The notes under the pieces are model-generated. The model was not told the DNA's origin, did no database searches, and was given only the letters and a program-made list of their open reading frames with translations. Below are positions 10,082-17,915 of a DNA stretch of 64,000 bases, one piece after another; within the stretch, counting starts at the first letter, position 1, and each line of letters opens with the position of its first letter. A program made the position numbers and the translations under genes. Source of the DNA: Candidatus Latescibacterota bacterium (GTDB taxonomy: Bacteria; Latescibacterota; UBA2968; UBA8231); NCBI GenBank assembly GCA_965221775.1, contig CBDCSU010000004.1, positions 608,001 through 672,000 on the forward strand, in the 5' to 3' direction.

Positions 10082-11158
10082 CTAGTCCGCCGCGGAGGCG
10101 GGTTCCCCCGAACTCTCGGCCGCGGGCTCGGCGTCCACGATCAGCTCGATGCGGTCACCCGCCTGGATCTGCCCGGCCCCCGAGAGGGCGGCCACTCTCG
10201 ACACCCTCGTGCCGATGATCTCGCGAACCTCGATCACCGCGATTCGCCGCCCGGGGTCCAGGTCGTTGCGGCCGGCAGCCGGAAAGACGGCGAAACGGTA
10301 TCCCTGGTGGACCCCGTTCTCGCTGCCCATGTTGATGAACATCTCCTCCCCGGACACGGAGAGGACCTCGGGTGTTGCGGAGCCGATGCGGACCCCGGTG
10401 GGCCGCACCAGGGGCACCGACTTCTCCACCAGGTCGCCCATGGCCTCCACCGTGGCCTGGCCGATGGCGGTGCTCCGGAACTCCTCCGATCCGTAGGCCA
10501 TCTCCCCGAGGTTCGCGAACTGGTAGTCCTGCTTCCTCGGCTTGCCCAGGAGATCGAGTCCGAGGCCCCGGTCGATCGTCTCCTGCCGCGAATGGGCCGA
10601 GCCGATGCGGCCGAGGTCGGCGACCCGGACCAGGCGGACCTCCATCTCGGCCACGCCCTTGTAGGACTTGTAGCCGCCGATCAACGGATCGCCCACGTGA
10701 AGGCGCTCCATGTTGTAGTCGAGGAGGGTGCCGAGGACGAGCACTTCGGCCTGCAGGATCCCGCCGACCCGGCGCAGTTCCTCGTCCGTCCAGCGGGGCT
10801 TTCCCCCACCCGCCACGTCCTCCACCGCCGCGAAGGGAACGACATGCCAGGCAGTGACCTTCTCCATCTCGGAGCTGAGCATGCGCGGAACCTCGTGCAC
10901 CAAGTCCCAGACGCCGTCGCGAAAACCGGAGTCGTCCTCGAAGGGCAGCACGGCGATCCAGGGCCGGTAGGCGGCCTCGTCGCCGCCTGCGGAGCGCTGG
11001 ACGAGGTAGGCCTGGAGTTGAGCTCCAGACAGCCGATCCCCGGGTTCCCCGACGTTGCTCCCGCCTGGACCCGGACCGCTCAGGACCTTGGGCAGGCAGC
11101 CGGTCAGGGCCAGGACCACCAGACTCGACAACAGGGGGGCACGGGTCAGCAGCGACAT
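10082..11158 (-). CDS. Lipoprotein with CsgG/TolB-N-like domain and FlgT-C-like C-terminal domain
   Basis: Lipobox LTGC; IAVLPF motif; INMGSENGVHQG motif. Confidence 0.6.
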   Translation of the reverse strand: MSLLTRAPLLSSLVVLALTGCLPKVLSGPGPGGSNVGEPGDRLSGAQLQAYLVQRSAGGDEAAYRPWIAVLPFEDDSGFRDGVWDLVHEVPRMLSSEMEKVTAWHVVPFAAVEDVAGGGKPRWTDEELRRVGGILQAEVLVLGTLLDYNMERLHVGDPLIGGYKSYKGVAEMEVRLVRVADLGRIGSAHSRQETIDRGLGLDLLGKPRKQDYQFANLGEMAYGSEEFRSTAIGQATVEAMGDLVEKSVPLVRPTGVRIGSATPEVLSVSGEEMFINMGSENGVHQGYRFAVFPAAGRNDLDPGRRIAVIEVREIIGTRVSRVAALSGAGQIQAGDRIELIVDAEPAAESSGEPASAAD

Positions 11159-11229
11159 GTGACAAGGGATGGTTCGGCCTGGAGCCGCTGTGCGGGATCC
11201 TCGGACGGACCGGCCGGCGCCGGATGCCG

Positions 11230-11358
11230 TCAGATCAGCTTGCGAAGCCCCTTCATGCCCGTCCGCCGGGCGCGGTTCCTCGCCAGGGCGCCGGGGCCGC
11301 GCGAAGCGGCCGCCAGCAGGCGGAGGAGGGACAGCAGCTTGCAGGGGGCTCGGATCAC
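11230..11358 (-). CDS. Small basic 42-aa protein (not in the ORF track)
   Basis: GTG..TGA, MIRAPCKLLSLLRLLAAASRGPGALARNRARRTGMKGLRKLI; GGAAGG SD; own promoter-like element upstream. Confidence 0.45.
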   Translation of the reverse strand: MIRAPCKLLSLLRLLAAASRGPGALARNRARRTGMKGLRKLI

Positions 11359-11391
11359 AGCGGGCCTTCCGGCTTGGTGTTGATGGTCCTC

Positions 11392-11420
11392 ACGTTACCT
11401 GCCCTGCCCTGCGAGATCAA
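11392..11420 (-). promoter_or_regulatory. Sigma70-like promoter downstream of the tRNA, driving the small ORF and/or the lipoprotein operon
   Basis: TTGATC-17 bp-TAACGT on the minus strand. Confidence 0.45.
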
Positions 11421-11431
11421 GCCGCAATGCC

Positions 11432-11507
11432 TGGAGCCGCCTCGGGGACTCGAACCCCGAACCGCCTGATTACAAATCAGGTGCTCTGCCAATTGAGCTA
11501 AAGCGGC
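11432..11507 (-). tRNA. tRNA-Thr(TGT)
   Basis: GCCGCTTTAGCTCAATTGGCAGAGCACCTGATTTGTAATCAGGCGGTTCGGGGTTCGAGTCCCCGAGGCGGCTCCA; 76 nt cloverleaf, anticodon TGT, TTCGA T-loop, encoded CCA. Confidence 0.97.
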
Positions 11508-11623
11508 TCGATTCACCCTAGCCTGCGCCTCGGACCGATTCCAGTCAAGGTGGTCCCTTGTGGTCGAGGCCCCTTCCGGTCTATCATCGCCGGCCCACCA
11601 TCCACCACCGGGGAGAAGCACGG

Positions 11624-12574
11624 ATGGCTTCCGAGCCCCTCGTCTTTCTGAGAGGTCGACTGCAGCCCGCTTCCGAGGCTCACGTGGCGATCTACGATGC
11701 CGCCGTGGTCCTGGGAGCGACGGTGACCGACCTGGTACGCACCTTCGACCACCAACCCTACCGGTTGGGCGATCACCTCGACCGGTTCTTCCGCAGTTGC
11801 CGATACGCCCGGCTGACACCTCCCATCGACCGCGAGGAGACCGAGTCGGTCTGCCGCGACCTGGTGGCGCACAACGCCGACCTGCTGCCGCCCGGGGGCG
11901 AGCTGGCGCTTGTGCTCTTCCTCTCCCCAGGAGAGCTGGCGGTGTACGCGGGCGGTGCCGCGGGCGGCGAGGAGCCCGCGCCCACCTTCTGCATCCACAC
12001 CTTTCCCCTCCCCTTTCCCATGTGGCGCCACTTCTTCACCGAGGGCGCCCATGTCGTCACCCCGTCGATCCGGCAGGTCCCGGTCCAGTGCGTGGACCCC
12101 AAGATCAAGTGCCGGAGCCGCATGCACTGGTGGCTGGCTGACCAGGAGAGCCGGCAGGTCGATCCCCGGGCCGTCTCCCTCTGTCTCGACCTGGCCGGCA
12201 ACGTCACCGAGACGGGGGGCTCGAACTTCCTGATCTGCCATGGAGAGACCGTCATCAGCCCGAGCCCCTCACAAATCCTGCGCGGGATCAGCATGACCAC
12301 GGTGGCGGATCTCTGCCCCGGCCTCGGACTCGCCTTCGAGGAGCGCGACTTCCAGGTCTACGACGTGATCAACGCCGACGAGGCCTTCCTGGCCACCACG
12401 CCGTACTGCCTGGCACCGGTGACGCGCATCAACAACACCCCCATCGGACAGGGGCGACCGGGGCCCGTCTTCCGCAAGCTGGTCGATGCCTGGAGCGAAT
12501 CGGTGGGTGTGGACATTCTGGAGCAGATCCTGGGGCCGGGAGCGTCGGAACGGGAGAGCAGCTCCGGGCGTTGA
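11624..12574 (+). CDS. PLP-dependent aminotransferase class IV family protein
   Basis: RLGDHLDRF, PLP Lys in PKIKCR, ETGGSN, ILRGIS, ADEAFL. Confidence 0.85.
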   Translation: MASEPLVFLRGRLQPASEAHVAIYDAAVVLGATVTDLVRTFDHQPYRLGDHLDRFFRSCRYARLTPPIDREETESVCRDLVAHNADLLPPGGELALVLFLSPGELAVYAGGAAGGEEPAPTFCIHTFPLPFPMWRHFFTEGAHVVTPSIRQVPVQCVDPKIKCRSRMHWWLADQESRQVDPRAVSLCLDLAGNVTETGGSNFLICHGETVISPSPSQILRGISMTTVADLCPGLGLAFEERDFQVYDVINADEAFLATTPYCLAPVTRINNTPIGQGRPGPVFRKLVDAWSESVGVDILEQILGPGASERESSSGR

Positions 12575-12627
12575 AGACCTCGACCGGGAGCCTTCACGGG
12601 GCCCACGGGATACCCCGGGTCCCGGGA

Positions 12628-12864
12628 TCAGTTTCCCAGTTGGCGGACGGCCGCTCCCATGACCTCGGCGCGGGTGGCGAAGGCGAGCAGTTCTTCGCGC
12701 AGATCTTCGGGCAGGTCCTGAAAGGCGACCTTCTCCGCACCGTCGGGCAAGGACTCCGGCGACGACACCCACTCCTCGCCTTGCCTGCGCCAGGCCACGC
12801 ACGTGGTGGCGCCGGCACCGGTCAGGTAGAAGCGGTCTCCGTGACGGTAGACGCGTGCGGCCAT
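12628..12864 (-). CDS. Hypothetical protein (78 aa)
   Basis: ATG 3 bp after the RidA-like stop; protein-like composition. Confidence 0.6.
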   Translation of the reverse strand: MAARVYRHGDRFYLTGAGATTCVAWRRQGEEWVSSPESLPDGAEKVAFQDLPEDLREELLAFATRAEVMGAAVRQLGN

Positions 12865-12867
12865 CCG

Positions 12868-13461
12868 CTACCGGTGCGGCCCCCGGGCCCGGATGATGCG
12901 CAGGGCGAGGTCGGGATCGATCTGCACGATCATCTCCGGCTCGATGCGCACGTGCCCGGGCAGATCGAAGCCGGCCACGGCCGAGCGGGCGTGCCAGCCC
13001 GAGAGAGAGGCGTCCTCGCCGTCGACGGCGGAATCGGAGATGGGGCCGCCGAAAACATCGTGAAAGATCTTGCTGTATCCATCGACGACCTGGGGAGACT
13101 TGGAGAACGCCCCGCCGCCGGCGGAATTGACCATGCCGATGCACTTGACGCAATACCACACGTCGTTGAGGCTGCCCTCGGGATCGAGGGCCCAGTGCAG
13201 GGTGCGGATGTGATTCTCACCCGCCTCCCGTCCGGCGGCGAAGCCCTCCTCCACGTCCCCGTCGTCATTGGTCACCGCGCCGCGGCCCCCCGCCGTGCCC
13301 GAGGTGAAGACCAGCCCCGAGGGGGTGATGGTGGCCATGCAGATGCGCCTGCCCTTGGGCGGGGGAAGCACCTCGTCCCGGCTCTGAAGATCGATGCCGA
13401 GCCGCTCGATCCGTTCGTACACGTCGAAGTCCCGCCGCCATGCCTGCGGAAGGTCGCTCAT
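12868..13461 (-). CDS. RidA/YjgF-family protein (long subtype)
   Basis: LVFTSG, KCIGMVNS...PQVVDGYS, HARSAVAG with conserved Arg; AAGGAG SD. Confidence 0.7.
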   Translation of the reverse strand: MSDLPQAWRRDFDVYERIERLGIDLQSRDEVLPPPKGRRICMATITPSGLVFTSGTAGGRGAVTNDDGDVEEGFAAGREAGENHIRTLHWALDPEGSLNDVWYCVKCIGMVNSAGGGAFSKSPQVVDGYSKIFHDVFGGPISDSAVDGEDASLSGWHARSAVAGFDLPGHVRIEPEMIVQIDPDLALRIIRARGPHR

Positions 13462-13582
13462 CGTCCGTCTCCTTCTGGTCTGCTGTTTGGGGGGCGCACC
13501 AAGATAGCCCGGCCCGCCCGCGGATCAAGGATCCCGCTCCCGGCCTGATGGGGACTCCCGAAACCACCCGAGGACAGCGCAC

Positions 13583-15310
13583 ATGCCGGTAACCCTGGAC
13601 CTGTCTACCCTCGGGCCCCTGGAAGGGGCGGTGGGCGCAGCCCGCGAGCGGCTTGGCCGGGAGCGCGTCGCCGCGCGAATCCTGGACCGCGACCACACAC
13701 TGTGGGGCCCCCGCCCGGAGGGTATCGTCGATCGCCTGGGATGGATCGACAGCCCTCGAGAGATGGCCGGCCGGCTTCGCCCCGTCGACGACCTGCTGAC
13801 CGGCGCCCTGGGGGATGGCCTGACCGATGCCCTCCTGCTGGGCATGGGCGGATCGAGCCTGGCAGCCGAGGTCTACGGCCGCCTGCTGCCCCTGGCCGGG
13901 GGACGTCTGCGGCTCTCCGTCCTCGACAGCACCGACCCGGCCGCCATCGCCGACGTCGCCGCCGCCATCGATCCCGCCCGGACCCTCTACCTGCCCGCCA
14001 CCAAGTCCGGCGGCACGGTGGAGACACTCTCCCTTCTGAAGCACTGCTACAACCTGACCCTCGCAGCCGTGGGCCCGGGGCGCGCGGGCCGGCACTTCGC
14101 GGCCATCACCGACCCGGGGAGCGGACTGCAGGAACTGGCCGAGTCCCTCCGCTTCCGTCGGCTCTTCCTCAACGATCCGGAGATCGGCGGCCGCTACTCC
14201 TGCCTGTCCTTCTTCGGCCTCGTACCCGCCCGCCTCGCCGGCGCCGACCCCGGCCGTCTGCTCGCCGGCGGCAGGGCCGCTCGGGCGGAGATCGTCGACG
14301 ACGGCGTCGGCCTTCGGCTCGGAGCCGTCCTCGGCGCCGGCGTGGCCGCAGGACGGGACAAGCTCACCCTGATCCCCTCGCCTTCCCTGGAGCCGTTGGG
14401 AGCGTGGATCGAGCAGCTCATCGCCGAGAGCACGGGAAAGGATGGAACGGGCCTTCTCCCCATCGACGGTGAGCCAGTCGGCGAAGCCGGGTCCTACGCC
14501 GGCGACCGCCTCTTCGTCTCCGTGAAGCTGAGATGCGAGGAGGACCCACCGGAAGCGGAGGCCCTGGCCCGAGCGGGGTTCCCCGTGGTCCGGCTGGAAC
14601 TCGGCGAGGCGTATGACGTCGGCGCCGCGATGTACCTCTGGAAAGTGGCGACCATCGTCGCCGCCCACCGGATGGGCGTCAATCCCTTCGACCAGCCGAA
14701 CGTGGAGTCGGCGAAGGTACTGGCGCGGTCCCTTCTCGACGCCTGTCGGACGGAGGGGGCCCTGCCCGCATCGCCGCCGGACCTCGTGGAAGCCGGCGTG
14801 GCCGCCTGCGGCCAGGTCGAGGGCGGACCTCTCTGGTCGGCGATCCGCGACTTCCTTTCCCTGGAGAAGGAGAGTCATCCTCGACCCTACGTGGCCTTCC
14901 AAGCGTACCTGCCTCCGCGTCCACAGGTGGAGGCCGCATTGACGCGGATCCGCCGCCGGATCCGTGAGCGTACGGGGCTGGCCACCACCATCGGCTTCGG
15001 ACCCCGGTTCCTGCACTCGACGGGCCAGCTCCACAAGGGCGACGCGGGACATGGACGGTTCTTGCAGATCACCTGTGAGGACCGGCTCGACCTGCCGATC
15101 CCGGATGCGCCCGGCGAGACCGCATCGACCACGACCTTCGGCATGTTGAAGGCCGCCCAGGCTTCGGGGGACCGGCAAGCCCTGATCGAGGGTGGACGCG
15201 CGGTGCTGCGACTGCATCTCGCGGGCGGTCTGAGCCAAGGTCTGAGGGTAATGGAGAAGGCCTTCGAGAAGGCCCTGGCAGATGTCCCTGGCAACGGAAG
15301 AAGGAGCTAG
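13583..15310 (+). CDS. pgi: Glucose-6-phosphate isomerase (type found in Tal/Pgi fusions)
   Basis: RLGW, GMGGSSL, TKSGGTVET, IGGRYS, EQLIAESTGK, NPFDQPNVESAK, HSTGQLHKG. Confidence 0.88.
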   Translation: MPVTLDLSTLGPLEGAVGAARERLGRERVAARILDRDHTLWGPRPEGIVDRLGWIDSPREMAGRLRPVDDLLTGALGDGLTDALLLGMGGSSLAAEVYGRLLPLAGGRLRLSVLDSTDPAAIADVAAAIDPARTLYLPATKSGGTVETLSLLKHCYNLTLAAVGPGRAGRHFAAITDPGSGLQELAESLRFRRLFLNDPEIGGRYSCLSFFGLVPARLAGADPGRLLAGGRAARAEIVDDGVGLRLGAVLGAGVAAGRDKLTLIPSPSLEPLGAWIEQLIAESTGKDGTGLLPIDGEPVGEAGSYAGDRLFVSVKLRCEEDPPEAEALARAGFPVVRLELGEAYDVGAAMYLWKVATIVAAHRMGVNPFDQPNVESAKVLARSLLDACRTEGALPASPPDLVEAGVAACGQVEGGPLWSAIRDFLSLEKESHPRPYVAFQAYLPPRPQVEAALTRIRRRIRERTGLATTIGFGPRFLHSTGQLHKGDAGHGRFLQITCEDRLDLPIPDAPGETASTTTFGMLKAAQASGDRQALIEGGRAVLRLHLAGGLSQGLRVMEKAFEKALADVPGNGRRS

Positions 15311-15314
15311 TGTT

Positions 15315-16235
15315 GTGCAATTGGGAATGATCGGACTCGGGCGCATGGGCGCCAACATGACGACGCGGCTCCTTCGGGACGGCCATGAACTCGTCGTCCA
15401 CGACCGCGAAGAGCAGGCCGTGACGGACGCGGAAGGGCGAGGCGCAAGAGGCGTGCCGTCGCTGGAGTGCCTGGTGGCGCAACTCGATTCGCCTCGCGCC
15501 GTGTGGGTGATGGTGCCCGCCGGCGAGGCCACGGAGGATGCCGTCGCCCGCCTCGCTGCCGCTCTGGAGACCGGGGACACGGTGATCGACGGAGGCAACA
15601 GCAACTACCGTGACACGATGCGCCGCGGCGAGGCCCTCGGAGAGAAGGGGCTGGCCTACGTCGATGTCGGCACCAGCGGCGGCGTGTGGGGCCTCGATGC
15701 GGGATACAGCTTGATGATCGGGGGACCGGAGTCGGCCGTGAACCGCCTGCGGCCGATCTTCGAGAGCCTGGCTCCGTCGTCAGAGAACGGCTGGGGGAGG
15801 GTTGGTCCGTGCGGCGCCGGCCACTTCGCCAAGATGATCCACAACGGTATCGAGTACGGCATGATGCAGGCCCTGGCCGAGGGCTTCGCGATCATGAAGA
15901 ACAAGACGGAACTCGGTCTCGACTTGCATCAAGTGGCGGAGATCTGGCGCCACGGTTCGGTAGTGCGTTCCTGGCTGCTCGACCTGACGGCGGCGGTCCT
16001 GGAGAAGGATCAGATACTGTCCCACATCGCGCCGTACGTTGCGGATTCCGGTGAGGGCCGATGGGCGGTAGCGGAAGCGGTGGACCTCGGCGTCTCGGCC
16101 CCCGTCCTCACTCACTCTCTCATGGCGCGACTGCGGTCGAGGGACGAGGAATCGTATGCCGACCGGCTGCTGGCGGCGATGCGCAACCAGTTCGGAGGCC
16201 ACGCCATGAAGGCTGCGGAAGAGCCCGCACCGTAG
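15315..16235 (+). CDS. gnd: 6-phosphogluconate dehydrogenase, decarboxylating (short type)
   Basis: GLGRMG, DGGNS, GTSGG, KMIHNGIEY, DSGEGRW, RNQFGGH. Confidence 0.93.
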   Translation: MQLGMIGLGRMGANMTTRLLRDGHELVVHDREEQAVTDAEGRGARGVPSLECLVAQLDSPRAVWVMVPAGEATEDAVARLAAALETGDTVIDGGNSNYRDTMRRGEALGEKGLAYVDVGTSGGVWGLDAGYSLMIGGPESAVNRLRPIFESLAPSSENGWGRVGPCGAGHFAKMIHNGIEYGMMQALAEGFAIMKNKTELGLDLHQVAEIWRHGSVVRSWLLDLTAAVLEKDQILSHIAPYVADSGEGRWAVAEAVDLGVSAPVLTHSLMARLRSRDEESYADRLLAAMRNQFGGHAMKAAEEPAP

Positions 16236-16374
16236 TTCAGGGAGGCAACGCAACACGCCGAAGGCAAGGCTGCAACGGTCCACTTGAGGCAAAAGCGGAT
16301 CTCTTCGTAACTTATGTGTCGACTGGCGCGCTGATTCCACCAACATCAACGCAGTCCCATCCGGAGGAGACTAC

Positions 16375-16818
16375 ATGCCGAATGTTGCCCAAGTACTCAA
16401 GGAGGAGATCAGCCGATTGGCGCGCAAGGAGATCCGCGCCTCCTGCGATCCCCTGCGCAAGCAGGTTCAGAGTTTGAGACGCACGGTGCGTACCCAGCAG
16501 GAGACGATCGACAAACTCGAGAGGTCTCTGTCGAAGATGGTCGATATGACCGCCACCGAGGCGGGCACTTCCCTCTATGCGCCCGCGGAGGAGAAGGAAC
16601 AGCGTTCTCGGGCACGGGTGACACCGGCTTCGATCCGGAGGCATCGGCTTCGCCTCGGGCTCTCGCAGGCCCAGCTTGGTGGGTTGCTGAATGTGAGCAC
16701 CAACACCATCGTCCGGTGGGAGCAAGGCAGCTCGAAACCGCGGGTTCAGCACCGCACCGCCCTGTTGCGTCTTCGCGACCTGGGCGTTCGCGACGTAAAG
16801 CAGATCCTCGAAGAGTAA
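16375..16818 (+). CDS. XRE/Cro-type HTH transcriptional regulator with N-terminal coiled coil
   Basis: MPNVAQVLKEEISRLARKE... then RLGLSQAQLGGLLNVSTNTIVRWEQG; GGAGGA SD; TTGAGG-18-TAACTT at 16284-16313. Confidence 0.85.
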   Translation: MPNVAQVLKEEISRLARKEIRASCDPLRKQVQSLRRTVRTQQETIDKLERSLSKMVDMTATEAGTSLYAPAEEKEQRSRARVTPASIRRHRLRLGLSQAQLGGLLNVSTNTIVRWEQGSSKPRVQHRTALLRLRDLGVRDVKQILEE

Positions 16819-16835
16819 CGACAACCCTCACGACG

Positions 16836-16871
16836 AAGGCCCGCGCCCCTGATCTCGGACGCGGGCCTTTT
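16836..16871 (+). terminator. Intrinsic terminator between convergent genes
   Basis: AAGGCCCGCG...CGCGGGCCTT stem followed by TT. Confidence 0.7.
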
Positions 16872-16894
16872 CAGCGGACCCGCAGGCAACCCCT

Positions 16895-17896
16895 TCAGCC
16901 GCCTGCCTTCTCGTAGAGATCGCGCCCCTCCACAAGGGCCTCGATCTTGCGATCGGCGACGGAGCGCTTCAGCATCCAGAACCCGCAGTCGGGGTTGATG
17001 CAGGCGACGCGCTCCGGGCCGATGACCGCCACCGTCTCATCGATCTGGCGGGCGATCTCCTCGGCACTCTCGACGACATTCGACTTGATGTCGACGACGC
17101 CGAGCCCCAAGCGCACGGAACCGGAAACCCTCTTGAGGGCGGGCAGTTCCCAGTTGCCGCGGTGAGCGAGTTCAAGCAGGACGTGGTCGGCGTGCAGCCC
17201 TTCCAGATAGTCGATCAGGTTCTGCCAGCTCCCCTGCTGGATCGTCTGTCCGCCGTAGTTGCCGAAACAGAGATGCACTGCCGGCGTGGTCCGTACCCGG
17301 TCGAGGATGCGGTTCATCCCTTCCAGGGCCCACTCCCACTCCTCCGAATGACCGGGAAGATTGGCCTCGTCCACCTGAACCACGTCGGCCTCGATGTGGG
17401 CGACCTGCTCGGCGAGCACGTCGGCGATGGCCAGGCACAACTCCTGCCGGCTCCCGTAGTGGCGGTCGAGCAGGGTCTTGCACAGCATGTGCGGTCCCGT
17501 GAGGGTGAACTTGAGGGGGTGCGACGTCAGGCTCCGCGTGAGGGAGTAGTCGCCCGGCAGATCGAGTGACCCCGCACCGATGGCTCCTTCCACGACCGCG
17601 CTCGGACGCCCGCGATAGGCCATTTCCGTCTCGCGGCGGAAGGTCTCCACGTCTTCCCATCCCACATGGCCGCGCACGTTTGCGAGAGGCCGGACGAAGT
17701 ACTCGATCATCCCGTTCGTCTCGGGATGGTTGACGTCGAACCGTCCCAGCTCACCATCGGCGACGATGTCGATGCCGGCGTTCTCCTGGGTCTTCAGTAC
17801 CACCGCCATGGCGTCGGCCAGGGCTTGCTCCGACGGCAGCGCCGCCAGCCAGTCCGGGATCGGATAGCTCCCCACCACCGTCGTCAGGATTCCCAT
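16895..17896 (-). CDS. Core methionine synthase-like protein (MetE C-terminal domain only)
   Basis: TTVVGSYP, ADGE, TGPH, VQVDE, Zn ligands HLC and PDCG. Confidence 0.85.
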   Translation of the reverse strand: MGILTTVVGSYPIPDWLAALPSEQALADAMAVVLKTQENAGIDIVADGELGRFDVNHPETNGMIEYFVRPLANVRGHVGWEDVETFRRETEMAYRGRPSAVVEGAIGAGSLDLPGDYSLTRSLTSHPLKFTLTGPHMLCKTLLDRHYGSRQELCLAIADVLAEQVAHIEADVVQVDEANLPGHSEEWEWALEGMNRILDRVRTTPAVHLCFGNYGGQTIQQGSWQNLIDYLEGLHADHVLLELAHRGNWELPALKRVSGSVRLGLGVVDIKSNVVESAEEIARQIDETVAVIGPERVACINPDCGFWMLKRSVADRKIEALVEGRDLYEKAGG

Positions 17897-17915
17897 TCCG
17901 TGCTCTCCTCTCGGT

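Noticed and set aside
12864-12870. Stop-codon read-through (Pyl/Sec) at in-frame stop-NNN-start junctions (also 46182-46190 and 57275-57283)
   Set aside because: Each downstream ORF has its own start and a complete domain; no pyl/sel genes or MttB-type methyltransferase are in the window; 3-bp gaps are ordinary
16238-16300. Glycine-riboswitch-like words (CGCCGAAGG...AGGCAAAAG) upstream of the HTH gene
   Set aside because: The conserved GGAGA and CTCTCAGG cores are missing, the segment overlaps a plausible -35 box, and the downstream gene is unrelated to glycine; a cmscan would settle it
11432-17900. Full genomic island or prophage at tRNA-Thr
   Set aside because: No integrase, phage or transposase genes; the only att-like repeat is the short one 250 bp from the tRNA 3' end, reported separately
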